A DNA stretch of 63,857 bases, filler included, from Trichomonas gallinae (GCA_008369845.1; 7 parts of 7 records of this genome joined end to end with filler, not necessarily neighbours in it), one strand, 5' to 3'. Counted from the whole stretch's first letter, positions 40,071 through 50,127 are shown. Numbers and translations: made by a program. The notes: generated by a model from the sequence alone, not told the origin.

Positions 40071-40090
40071 AAAAGTGAGTCGTCACTTTT
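40071..40090. promoter_or_regulatory. perfect inverted pair of initiator-type elements AAAAGTGA-GTCG-TCACTTTT
   Basis: Ends 10 nt upstream of ATG 40101; a TCACT initiator is present on both strands. Confidence 0.65.
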
Positions 40091-40100
40091 CAATTGTGAT

Positions 40101-41477
40101 ATGTTGATATTTTTTGCTTTAGCATTCGCTAGATCGGAGAATGTCACTGCTAATACCACAGAACAACCGATTGAAAACGGCACTGCAAGTATTTCCAAAA
40201 CGGACGATTTAGAAAAACAAAAAATCGAAGAAAAGTTAAATTATCCAATAATTGATCCAAATGACGACAGTGATCAGATCCCAGATATTGTTGATCATGC
40301 GGCATTAATTAATAATCACGGAAATTTAATTTCTAATTCAGAAAACAAAGAAAAAGAAGTTAACAAAGTAGAAACTAACAATACATCCATCGAAGAACCT
40401 GCAAGAGAGGAAATAAAAGAGCAGCCAAAAATTGAATCTCATAAATCTGAAATAATCAAATCAAACGAAACAAAACAGACAGAAAATACAACGAAGTCTG
40501 CAGAAGATACAAAATTAATCGATGAATCTGTAAATATAACAGATATTGAAAATAAAACAATTGGAGCTGAAGAAAAGAAAGAAAATCATCCACCAATAGA
40601 ACACAAAGAAAAAGAAAATAAAGAATTACCACCAAAAACAGAAGTAAAAGATGAAAAAAATAAAACATCTGAAGTTGAAATAAAGAAAGAAATTCCTCCA
40701 CCAGAAAAGCACAAAGAGGAAGACAATAAGAAATTACCACCAATAACAGAAGAAAAAGATGAAAATAATAAAACAACTGAAGTTGAAGAAAAGAAAGAAA
40801 ATCTTCCACCAATAGAACATAAAAAGAAAGAAAATAAAGAAGTTGCATCAATAACAGAAGAAAAAGATGAAAAAAATAAATCTGAAATTTCAAAAGTTGA
40901 AGAACAAAAAGAGCCAGTTACAGATAAGTCAGCAACAGAAGAAAAAGAACAGTTAGACAAAATTAAAGAAGAAATGATAAAGAGAAAAGAGGATAAAATG
41001 AAGAGACCAGAAAGACTGAATAGAGAAGATATTGAAAAGAAGATAGAAGAAGAAAGAAGCAAAAGGCAAGAAAATAAACCAGACAAAAAAGTTACAGGTA
41101 ATAAAAATGAAATTATCGAGAAGGAAGAACCAGTTGCAAAGGAAGAAATAAAGGATAAGAAGGGTAAAACAGTCATTGGCCAGGATTCTGTTCACGCTGG
41201 TGATAAAAAACCAAAACATGAAGTTATTCAAGCTAAAAACAATGCGGAGAGGCAGCCAATCGTAGAAGTTAAGGATGCTGGTATGAATCCTGTTTTTAAG
41301 GTGTTAATTGCTGCAATTATTTTAGGAATTGTTGGAGTTGCTGGTTTTGTTGGTTTCAAGACAGTAGCAATGTCACCACACCAAGCAACACTCGAAGAAA
41401 GCGTTCCATTCAAATTTGCAATGAATCAAAATAATGATCATAATGATTTGTCAAAACATGGCTTCAGCCCACTTTAA
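40101..41477 (+). CDS. type I membrane/surface protein with K/E-rich repeats
   Basis: Signal peptide MLIFFALAFA, about 3 internal ~39-40-aa repeats (EEKKENxPPIEHKEKENKELPP.TEEKDEKNK), TM segment VLIAAIILGIVGVAGFVGF and a short tail. Confidence 0.88.
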   Translation: MLIFFALAFARSENVTANTTEQPIENGTASISKTDDLEKQKIEEKLNYPIIDPNDDSDQIPDIVDHAALINNHGNLISNSENKEKEVNKVETNNTSIEEPAREEIKEQPKIESHKSEIIKSNETKQTENTTKSAEDTKLIDESVNITDIENKTIGAEEKKENHPPIEHKEKENKELPPKTEVKDEKNKTSEVEIKKEIPPPEKHKEEDNKKLPPITEEKDENNKTTEVEEKKENLPPIEHKKKENKEVASITEEKDEKNKSEISKVEEQKEPVTDKSATEEKEQLDKIKEEMIKRKEDKMKRPERLNREDIEKKIEEERSKRQENKPDKKVTGNKNEIIEKEEPVAKEEIKDKKGKTVIGQDSVHAGDKKPKHEVIQAKNNAERQPIVEVKDAGMNPVFKVLIAAIILGIVGVAGFVGFKTVAMSPHQATLEESVPFKFAMNQNNDHNDLSKHGFSPL

Positions 41478-41632
41478 ATTATATATTATAGAAAATTTCA
41501 GAATTACTCTGATGTTTTTCTATTTAAATTTATAAAAAATACAATTTTATTTGCTTTTCAACCTTAATCTAATCTTTTATTTTTATTTTGGCAAGTTAAG
41601 TTGATGATAAATGTGACATAATGCTTTGATGA

Positions 41633-42634
41633 ATTAAATTTGAATATCTCGGGACTACAGGAAGTTCCAATACCACAAATTTTGGCTCAAAAACCGTGGT
41701 ATTTGGGTATCCTTGTGGTGATTCGATGGGAAATTGCTTCCCTTATTCCCTTGAGCTTTCTTCGGGAAGATATCTTTTTGAAGCTTGGGGATCCAGTGGC
41801 CTATCCAAATTAAGTGGCTGGGGAGGATATACATCCGGAATACTTAAAACCCCAAAAAGCCTAAAACTGTATATTTTTGTAGGATCTGCTGGAATGTTTA
41901 ATGCATTTACTGTATCCTCAATGCCTTATAGCTTTATAATGCCAGGAGCAGCTACTGATGTTAGATTAAACGTGAGTTCTAAATTTGAATGGAACGATAA
42001 AGTCTCCCTGCGATCTCGAATTTTTATTGCAGGGGGAGGTGCAAGTGGTGAGTGGCCAGGCTCAAAGGGAGGCAATGGAGGCGGCGTCATTGGCACAGAT
42101 GGAGTCATTGACTGCAACTTTAACGGAAGGACTTGTCCACAGTATTATTCGACCGGCGGAAGTCAAACGAAAGGCGGAAAAGCATCGAATCCAATTTGGT
42201 TTTATAATTACGGCTATCGATCAGGCCTTGAAGGCGGTTTTGGAGTTTCTACTGTCACATCTGGAACAGATATGGGCGGGATTGGTGGCTCTGGGTATTG
42301 GAGTGGTGCTTCTATGCATGTAGCTGGGGGCGGTGGGGGTGGAAGCTCTTTCATCTCTGGCCATCCTGGCTGTATAGCATTGAAAAGTGATAAAAGTAAT
42401 GAACCTGGAAATTCTTCGATTCATTACTCAGGCATTTCATTCACCAATACCAGAACCATTACAGGAAATAACGACATGCCACTATATTATTCATTGTCTG
42501 CATATGGAAAAGGAAATAGTGGAAGAGGAGCTTTTAGAATAACACATTTATCATCCTACGATATTACAGACAAATTTGAAAATTTTGTCATGGATATCTT
42601 TTTGCCATGTTGTTTCATGCAGGTTACATCATAA
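41633..42634 (+). CDS. glycine-rich domain protein (GGYxSG / TDVR / RIFIAGGG / GGGGSSFISG family); 5' end lacks an in-frame ATG, possible pseudogene
   Basis: The motifs are visible in translation. The frame opens at 41633 after two TGA codons; the first in-frame ATG is at 41726. Confidence 0.75.
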   Translation: MKFEYLGTTGSSNTTNFGSKTVVFGYPCGDSMGNCFPYSLELSSGRYLFEAWGSSGLSKLSGWGGYTSGILKTPKSLKLYIFVGSAGMFNAFTVSSMPYSFIMPGAATDVRLNVSSKFEWNDKVSLRSRIFIAGGGASGEWPGSKGGNGGGVIGTDGVIDCNFNGRTCPQYYSTGGSQTKGGKASNPIWFYNYGYRSGLEGGFGVSTVTSGTDMGGIGGSGYWSGASMHVAGGGGGGSSFISGHPGCIALKSDKSNEPGNSSIHYSGISFTNTRTITGNNDMPLYYSLSAYGKGNSGRGAFRITHLSSYDITDKFENFVMDIFLPCCFMQVTS

Positions 42635-43330
42635 TAATAAACTATTCACAAAATATATCATAAGTTAATTATTATAAAGCACCATTAATATATGCTTCAA
42701 AAAATGAACAATAAAATCTTATTAATTTAATGATCGAAAACAACAATATTATAATAGTATGAATAAACTATCGTTGAGATATTTTATAATTCGTTAAGAT
42801 CACGAAATTTCAAAATTAATTTTAACAAATTAGTAATTATGCATATAATTTTGGTGGGATTTATACGTTTATTTTCAAACCGATTGACATAGCAACAACC
42901 TTGGCCAATGATTTCTTTTTGAAATTGATTTTTTGTTGAGTCATACCGATATTGAGGAACACATCAATTATCACTATATTCCACCCTTATTTGCCAGATG
43001 AATTTGTTTCTGTGATATTCGATGCTAACCTCGATTCTGACCAAACAATTGCAGAAATTTTTTTTCTCATCGAAAATGCATTATCATACATTTCTGCACA
43101 ATGTATTACAGCTAATCTTTTGCTTTAAGGCATGTATTGCTTTTATATTCGTGCAGGAAAGATTGCATTTTTTCACGAGAATTTTTGTACGTTAAATTGT
43201 ATTCAAATTCGGAAAAACTGAGGTTTTTCCCTTCTTGTTTATGAGGGAAATAAGATGGTCAATTATTGATAAATAAAATGGCAAAATCAATTTTTTTGTT
43301 CAAAAAAAAAAAAAAAAAAAAAAAAATTTT

Positions 43331-43430
43331 NNNNNNNNNNNNNNNNNNNNNNNNNNNNNNNNNNNNNNNNNNNNTTAATTAATTAANNNNNNNNNNNNNN
43401 NNNNNNNNNNNNNNNNNNNNNNNNNNNNNN
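43331..43430. other. artificial contig spacer
   Basis: N44-TTAATTAATTAA-N44. Confidence 0.97.
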
Positions 43431-43432
43431 TA

Positions 43433-43528
43433 ATTATTATTGTTGCAATCGTTTTAATTCTGAAGAAGAAAAACAATATTTCTCCAACAGAAGGAGGCTA
43501 CCAGAAAGATGAACAAGTTGAGCCATAA
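43433..43528 (+). CDS. 3' fragment of a surface protein paralogous to the next two genes
   Basis: IIIVAIVLILKKKNNISPTEGGYQKDEQVEP* carries the same TM and tail pattern as 44029 and 46185. Confidence 0.85.
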   Translation: MIIVAIVLILKKKNNISPTEGGYQKDEQVEP

Positions 43529-44028
43529 AAATTAACTTATAAATAAAAAATAAATTTACAAAAAATGCAATGAAATGTATGTGATAATGAGAAAATGATT
43601 AATTTATTTAATAGAAAGCATTTCTAGGTAAAAATATTATGTTGGTATCAAATTTAAAGATTATACTTCGAAGCTTATATTCGAATTAATGCATAAAAAA
43701 AATTGAGAATTAATTTTGACACGAAATTTAATTAAAATATCAAATTATATTGTAATTCCACTTCATATCTTTTATTATTTAATTTATATATCATATCAAA
43801 CGATCACTTCCATAAAATTTAGCTGAACATAATCGAAATCCAAGAATTCTGATAGTATTTGTCAAAAAAAAATAAATTTGAATTAAAAATTTGAAAGAAT
43901 GATCCCCAAAGTCGGTCATACAAATTCTATTTATGTCTACTAAATAATGTGTATTTATATATTATTTTAGTTTGCATAAATTTCTTACATGAAATATGAT
44001 CCCCTCCTTCACTCATCATTTTTCTTTA

Positions 44029-45276
44029 ATGCTATTTGATTTATTGTTGCAGACATCTTTATCCAATTTAAGGATTCAGGAACAACAAATGAAGAAGATT
44101 AGTCTTATTGCAAATGAATACTCTGCACCTGTTGTTGAAAATATAAAACTTACACAAATCATAGGAGAAAACAAAGCAAGGTTAACTGGTGTAGTAAAAG
44201 ATAAAGACAAAAGTAAAGTACTTTATTTATATTGTGACTTTGATAAAGATGGTGTAACGAGTACATATATTAAAGATTTCAAATCAAATGGCGGAGAATA
44301 TCAACTAAGTGAATTAGTCTCAGTTTCTGGAAATGCAAATGACAAATATTGTGTTTGGGTCTCAACATCACCTTTTAGCACTTCTACATCAACGTTTGAT
44401 GGAACTAATGCTAAATCAAATGTTGTTTGCGTGACTGTTACATACCCTGACCCTACACTAACAATAAATTTCCCAGCTTCAACACAGTATCCAAGGAATA
44501 AGAAGATTCACTTAACAGGAATGGCAGTATGCGATGGAAGTATGACAATGAAGTTTACCATTGATGGTCAAGAAGTTCCAGTAACAGTTATAATTAATTC
44601 TGGAGAAGTTGAATATGACTTGGAAATACCGGAGCATATTTCAAATAATGAAGAACACACCCTCAAAGTATATGCTGTTGATAAGAGAGGATCTCAATCT
44701 AAAGAAACTAATGTGTTCAAATTCACTGTCTTAAATGATATTCCTAAGATTAAAGATGTTGTTCTTGATAAGCTAGAAGTCGTAGCAGGTGAAAAAATTG
44801 TTATCACAGGAAAAGTTCTTGATCAAGATAAAGGCACAATAAAGATTAGAGCTTATTATGAAAACATTAAATCCAATGAAGTTGTAGTTGAGTCAAATGG
44901 TATAGAACAATCATTCCGCCTTGAAATAACTACCGAAGATGTTTCATCTCAAAAATCATTCAATATTTCAATCGAGTCCGATGATGGAACAGATAAATTT
45001 GTTTATTATCCAAAGCCTCAGATTGTTGTCAAGCCAGCAATCAAACCAACTAAAACTGCTGAACCAGAAGTAGATCTTAAGACTACTACAAAATCAAAAC
45101 TAGAAACAGTCGATGGTAAAGATCAGAAGAAGAAATTATACATAATTTTTGGAGCAGTTGCGGGCTCACTTGTTGTGATAGCTATTATTATTGCAGTGGT
45201 GGTAATAGTTGTTAAAAAGAAAAACCCACCACCAGAAGATGGCGGATATCAAAGAGATGAACACATCAATCCATAA
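44029..45276 (+). CDS. type I surface protein with Ig-like/Bap-like beta-sandwich modules
   Basis: TCATTTTT initiator before ATG 44029, signal-like N-terminus, ITGKVLDQD and HTLKVYAVD modules, TM segment, tail EDGGYQRDEHINP. Confidence 0.85.
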   Translation: MLFDLLLQTSLSNLRIQEQQMKKISLIANEYSAPVVENIKLTQIIGENKARLTGVVKDKDKSKVLYLYCDFDKDGVTSTYIKDFKSNGGEYQLSELVSVSGNANDKYCVWVSTSPFSTSTSTFDGTNAKSNVVCVTVTYPDPTLTINFPASTQYPRNKKIHLTGMAVCDGSMTMKFTIDGQEVPVTVIINSGEVEYDLEIPEHISNNEEHTLKVYAVDKRGSQSKETNVFKFTVLNDIPKIKDVVLDKLEVVAGEKIVITGKVLDQDKGTIKIRAYYENIKSNEVVVESNGIEQSFRLEITTEDVSSQKSFNISIESDDGTDKFVYYPKPQIVVKPAIKPTKTAEPEVDLKTTTKSKLETVDGKDQKKKLYIIFGAVAGSLVVIAIIIAVVVIVVKKKNPPPEDGGYQRDEHINP

Positions 45277-46184
45277 AAAATTCAGATATATACCTACCTT
45301 TTAAAATTTTGGTTCAAATTTTTCAATGAAAAATTTTAAAAATACTCTATATAAATCTGCGACACAAAATATCGCCAAAAATAAAAAAAAACAAATTTGA
45401 TAAAGAAGGGTAAAAAATTAAATCTTTTAAATATATAATATTGCAATCCCCATTGTCAAATAATAATGCATTGATTGGTTTGTTTGTATTAGTTCAAAGG
45501 GGAAAATCATCATGATGAAAAAAAAAAAATATACCATTCTCCACTGAAAAGACGGATTTTTATTTGAACCGATTAATATAATGTTGAAATAGCTATATTT
45601 TGGTCTACTCTGAAATTTTGAATCTAATTTTTTTTTATAGTCTTTGTTTTCATGTAAAATAAATCTAATATTAGATTTATTGTGTTTTTTGGATCATATA
45701 ACAATAGTTTAAAAGATCAATTTGGAAAATTTATTTTTCGGTTAATTTTATGCAAGGAAATATATAATAAAAGAATTATACAATAGAAGTTAAAAAAATT
45801 GAAACTTTATTTTGCAAATGAAAAATCGGATCTTTCATCTTATGTTTTGTTGTTTTATGGGTTTTCGGAGATTTGAAAAAAAGCACGTTTTTCGAATAAA
45901 AAGCACGTTAAATTTTTATCCGACTATAAATATTTATATAAAATATCCTATAAATTAGCTAATCCATTTCTTCATTGAAAATTCAAAACTGTGACCAAAA
46001 TAAACTGAAAGATATTCTTGAAATATAAAATTATCGATTTTGAGTGTTGATATTTATTGAATTCAAAAATTGAAATAATGATCCCCTAAATTATGCTACT
46101 CAAAATAATATTAATAAGAACTATTTGTTGATAATTTGTAAATTATGTTTTATGACCGTTAATTTCTTTTCAAATTTCATTATA

Positions 46185-47756
46185 ATGATATTTTTCTCGA
46201 TCTTGTTGCATTCATCTTTATCGGAATTGTCAATTCATGACGCAGATACTCAGTATTTCTACCCTAAAGATGGAGTTTTCGATATTTGGTTTAGCGATTC
46301 AACTACAACGAGTTCCAACGATGCTTCAATTACTGAATATGGAAGTGGTGTATATTGCCAAATTAAAGTTGGGGAAAACAAACAGGATTTAGATTACAAA
46401 TCTCCTGTTGATGTTGAATCATTATCTACTAAAATTGAACTTCCGATCAATGGTGATTCGTTAGAAATCAAATTTAGAGTCGAAAACAAAGGTACAGATA
46501 CCAAAACATTCAGTATTGGAGCATATTATGATATTAGCTATTTTGATGACCAAAATTATAAAGATAGAGTTACACCAGTTGGTACTAAATCATTTTATGT
46601 TGACAATCCAAACAGAGAAACGGTGAAAATGCTTCATATATTCGACTCAACTACCGATTATACCGGACCTGATAAATTTTGGTATGGTAAACCATATGAC
46701 ATAGAAAGTTCCAGTACTTATGATGAACTAGATATTCCTTATTATAATAATCTGGAAACTTTAGAGAAAATTGAGGCAAAAGATGTTGCTGTTGCTTTTT
46801 CATGGAATAACATTCAAATCCAGCCCGGCCAATCAAAAGTTCTTGGAATGAAATTTGCATTTATATCGAATTTTCCAAGTATTGTCGTTACAGATCCTGA
46901 ACAAAATGTTTACCAAACTGGAGAAACAATTAAATTCCCCAAAGTTACAGTCCAAAACAGCAATACAGGAACAATCAAGATTGATTGTAACAATGAAAAT
47001 ATTGCCTCAAAAGCATATTCATCATCATATGATGACAAATTTGATGTTGCAATTCCTTCATCATTTAATTATAAATCTGAGAAATACTGCATTGAAATTT
47101 ATGCAGCAACAGAAAGCATTCCAACATCAAGCAAACAATTTTGCTTCAACATTCAAAATATTCCTGTAATAGAAAACGTTCATCTCAAAAGAAATAAAGA
47201 GGCAAACAAGGCAACATTAACCTGCACGATCAAAGATAAAGACAACAAGAAGAAACTCTATTTGTTTTTCGATCTTGACGATGCTGCATCTAATAGCTAT
47301 ATCGATAGTTTCGAATCAAATGGTGACTCTTATCAAGTCAGCAAAGAAGTAACTATTTCAGAGCAGGCTGATGCTAAATATTCCCTTTGGGTTACTACTC
47401 AAGCTATTAGTACACCAACATCAAAAGATGGTGCTAATTCCAAATCAGAGATAACCCATTTAACAGTTGAAACTGAACAATCAAAGAACCCAGAAGATCC
47501 AAAGCAACCAACGAAACCAGAAGATCCAAAGAACCCAGATACAACACCAAAAACTGGCACTGAAAATGATCAAAAAAGAGCTGAAGAACTTCAGAAAGAA
47601 AAAATGAATCAAACATATATTATCGTTGGTGCCGTAGTAGGCTCTCTAGTTGTTGTAGGCATTATTGCTGCAATAGTTGTTGTAATGATGAAGAAAACAG
47701 ACAACCCGCCAGCAACAGAAGGTGGATATCAAAGAGAAGAACAAATTAATCCATAA
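46185..47756 (+). CDS. type I surface protein with beta-rich ectodomain and Ig-like modules
   Basis: Signal MIFFSILLHSSLS, DVAVAFSWNNIQIQPGQSK, a PEDPK stalk, TM segment, tail TEGGYQREEQINP. Confidence 0.87.
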   Translation: MIFFSILLHSSLSELSIHDADTQYFYPKDGVFDIWFSDSTTTSSNDASITEYGSGVYCQIKVGENKQDLDYKSPVDVESLSTKIELPINGDSLEIKFRVENKGTDTKTFSIGAYYDISYFDDQNYKDRVTPVGTKSFYVDNPNRETVKMLHIFDSTTDYTGPDKFWYGKPYDIESSSTYDELDIPYYNNLETLEKIEAKDVAVAFSWNNIQIQPGQSKVLGMKFAFISNFPSIVVTDPEQNVYQTGETIKFPKVTVQNSNTGTIKIDCNNENIASKAYSSSYDDKFDVAIPSSFNYKSEKYCIEIYAATESIPTSSKQFCFNIQNIPVIENVHLKRNKEANKATLTCTIKDKDNKKKLYLFFDLDDAASNSYIDSFESNGDSYQVSKEVTISEQADAKYSLWVTTQAISTPTSKDGANSKSEITHLTVETEQSKNPEDPKQPTKPEDPKNPDTTPKTGTENDQKRAEELQKEKMNQTYIIVGAVVGSLVVVGIIAAIVVVMMKKTDNPPATEGGYQREEQINP

Positions 47757-47912
47757 ATAAATGCTAGTATTTTCTAATATAAAATCCATTTGCTGCTTTT
47801 AATCAATAAATATAGATACTAATAATATATGCAATAGATTCACTAAGGTTCTTGTTAATTACAAAAAAAGTGGTAAAATTTTATATGTTGGAAACAAAAA
47901 TAATCAGAATGA

Positions 47913-48749
47913 TTATTTACGATTTTTTCAGATGTTAAAAATGTAATATTTGAAGATATTGTTTCTTCTTCTAATGGAGCTGCAATTGGAATACTAGAGA
48001 AAAATAATTTGATTAAATGCTGCAATTTTATTCGCTGCAGAACTTCGCGTGAAGGAGGAAGTATATACATTTCTAACTCTAAATCTGAAATCAGGAACAA
48101 TATCTTTCAATATTGCTATATTACGGCTAAAGCTGAATTGAATCGAGGAAACTCTGTGAGAATTAATAACTGCAACATGAATTTTTCATTTTGTTCTACA
48201 TATATGTGCGGGCCTGGTGAAAGTGAATCTTCTGATAGTTCTGTATGCGCCATTAAAGGACAATATTCTGTAAAAAATTACAACGGAAGTAATAATTTTG
48301 GATTTAATGGTGGAAGTCTCATATCTATATGGGATTCTTCACCTGGCACATCTTTGAAGTATTCTCAATGCTCTGATGGAGTTGGAGACTACGGTTTCAT
48401 TGAAATTGTAACCCGACCTTATGATGTTTCAAAATGTAATTTTGTCAATGGAACAAAATTGCAATTATTATTTTGGATTTCTGCTCCAAAATCATCTATG
48501 AGCGATTGTATAATAATTGGAACAGATAAACCTTTAGGTGGAGGACAATTATTAACATTTGTCAACTGCGTTTCTGACATCCCAATCCAAAATTTTGACA
48601 TTACCATTAACCCAGAGATTGAGCCAGTAAAAATCACTTTTGAGGCTAATGAATGCATGAATTCGTACGTATGTACAGCATATTTTAATTATTATCCTAG
48701 TTTTTATCGATCCTATTTGATATCACCATTTATTATAATAGATTTATAA
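47913..48749 (+). CDS. right-handed beta-helix / Pmp-like (GGxI, FxxC/N) protein, paralog 1; no ATG at the conserved N-terminus
   Basis: NGAAIGI, FIRC, EGGSIYI, FQYC and NGGSLI. The frame is open from 47913; the first in-frame ATG is at 48177. Confidence 0.7.
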   Translation, partial: LFTIFSDVKNVIFEDIVSSSNGAAIGILEKNNLIKCCNFIRCRTSREGGSIYISNSKSEIRNNIFQYCYITAKAELNRGNSVRINNCNMNFSFCSTYMCGPGESESSDSSVCAIKGQYSVKNYNGSNNFGFNGGSLISIWDSSPGTSLKYSQCSDGVGDYGFIEIVTRPYDVSKCNFVNGTKLQLLFWISAPKSSMSDCIIIGTDKPLGGGQLLTFVNCVSDIPIQNFDITINPEIEPVKITFEANECMNSYVCTAYFNYYPSFYRSYLISPFIIIDL

Positions 48750-49025
48750 TACGCGAATAATAAGGTTAAATAACCTTATAGATGAAAAATTTATTTTTTT
48801 TTTTATAATCAATGTTGTTTATGATCACAATATAATCAATGGTGAGACTTCAACGGTTGAACATATTTCGCATCTCATTAACTTTGAACTGATATACCTC
48901 TTTTGCTCAAATCATTGTATTATACTGAGATATGGTGACTTTTTGACTCCCAGAAATTTTTATCAACTAAGGTTAATTGTAAAAGTGACATTAAAATTAT
49001 TGCAAAAAACTCTAAAATTTCTTGA

Positions 49026-49856
49026 AAATTTATCGAAACTACAAATGTGAGAAATGCCATTTTTGAAGATATTGTTTCTTCTTCTAATGGAGCTGCAATT
49101 GGAATATCAGGAAAAAATAATTTGATTAAATGCTGCAGTTTCATTCGATGCAGAACTTCGCGTGAAGGAGGAAGTATATACATTTCTAACTCCAAATCTG
49201 AAATTAAGAGTAATATCTTTCAATATTGCTATGTTTCAGCAAAAGATGAATCAATTCAAGGTAATTCTATGAGAATTGAAAGTTCTGATTTAAATTTTTC
49301 ATTCTGCTCGACATATCTTTGTGGTCCCAGCCAAAATCAGGCAACAGATAGTTGTGTTTGTGCGAAACAAGGAAAATTTCTTGTAAATAATAACAATGGA
49401 ACTAATAACTTTGGATATAATGGCGGAAGTCTTATATCTATTTGGTATGGTTCTCCTGGAACATCTTTGAAGTATTCCCAATGTTCTGATGGTATTGATG
49501 ACTATGGATTCATTGAAGAAATCCATTGTACTTATGAAGTTTATAAAAATAATTTTGTCAACGGCAAAAATTTGATATACCTTTTTTGGCTCACAGAAGC
49601 CTCCATTTTTACTGAGTGCGTGTTTATTGGGACAAATAAAAACATATATGGTGGAGGCTCAATAACTTTTGTTCGCTGCGAATCAGACATAAAAATACAA
49701 AACTTTGATCTGAAAATTATTCCAGATGTTTCCTCGATTTATTTGAAATTTAATGATAATGAATGTGCGATAAATGTCGCATGTTCTGTTTGTCTAATGG
49801 ATGATGAATATATTCTACGAAATTCATATTTTTATCTTATATTAATAGTGTTTTAA
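49026..49856 (+). CDS. right-handed beta-helix / Pmp-like protein, paralog 2; no ATG at the conserved N-terminus
   Basis: Colinear with paralog 1. The frame is open from 49026; the first in-frame ATG is at 49269. Confidence 0.7.
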   Translation, partial: KFIETTNVRNAIFEDIVSSSNGAAIGISGKNNLIKCCSFIRCRTSREGGSIYISNSKSEIKSNIFQYCYVSAKDESIQGNSMRIESSDLNFSFCSTYLCGPSQNQATDSCVCAKQGKFLVNNNNGTNNFGYNGGSLISIWYGSPGTSLKYSQCSDGIDDYGFIEEIHCTYEVYKNNFVNGKNLIYLFWLTEASIFTECVFIGTNKNIYGGGSITFVRCESDIKIQNFDLKIIPDVSSIYLKFNDNECAINVACSVCLMDDEYILRNSYFYLILIVF

Positions 49857-50057
49857 ATGATTTAAATTAGCATTTAATATGGATTTTAAAAGATCGGAAT
49901 ATATATGCTGTTATCTAAATTATTGATTGATAACAAAATAATCATCTAAAATAATTAATTTGAAAACCTGTGATCATCGAAAAAACGGAATTATGAATTC
50001 ATTGAAAATAGTTGCAAAATATTGTTGTCACTTTTTAAAATTATTTTAGAAAAAATT

Positions 50058-50127
50058 TGAGGCCGAAGGGAGTCGAACCCCCAACCTTGAGATCTGGAGT
50101 CTCACGCAATGCCATTATGCTACAGCC
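50058..50127 (-). tRNA. trnW: tRNA-Trp(CCA), first ~2 nt lost in gap
   Basis: Minus strand reads GGCTG TA GCATAATGGCATTGC G TGAGA CTCCAGA TCTCA AGGTT GGGGG TTCGACT CCCTT CGGCCTC A, followed by a T6 Pol III terminator. Confidence 0.96.

Noticed and set aside
40456..41231. Long antisense ORFs over the K/E-rich gene (likewise over dynein, the kinase and the C2 gene)
   Set aside because: Shadow ORFs caused by compositional bias of the real coding strand.
50058..50127. UGA-suppressor tRNA-Trp explaining in-frame TGAs
   Set aside because: It has a normal CCA anticodon and a full 5-bp anticodon stem; TGA terminates ordinary genes here.
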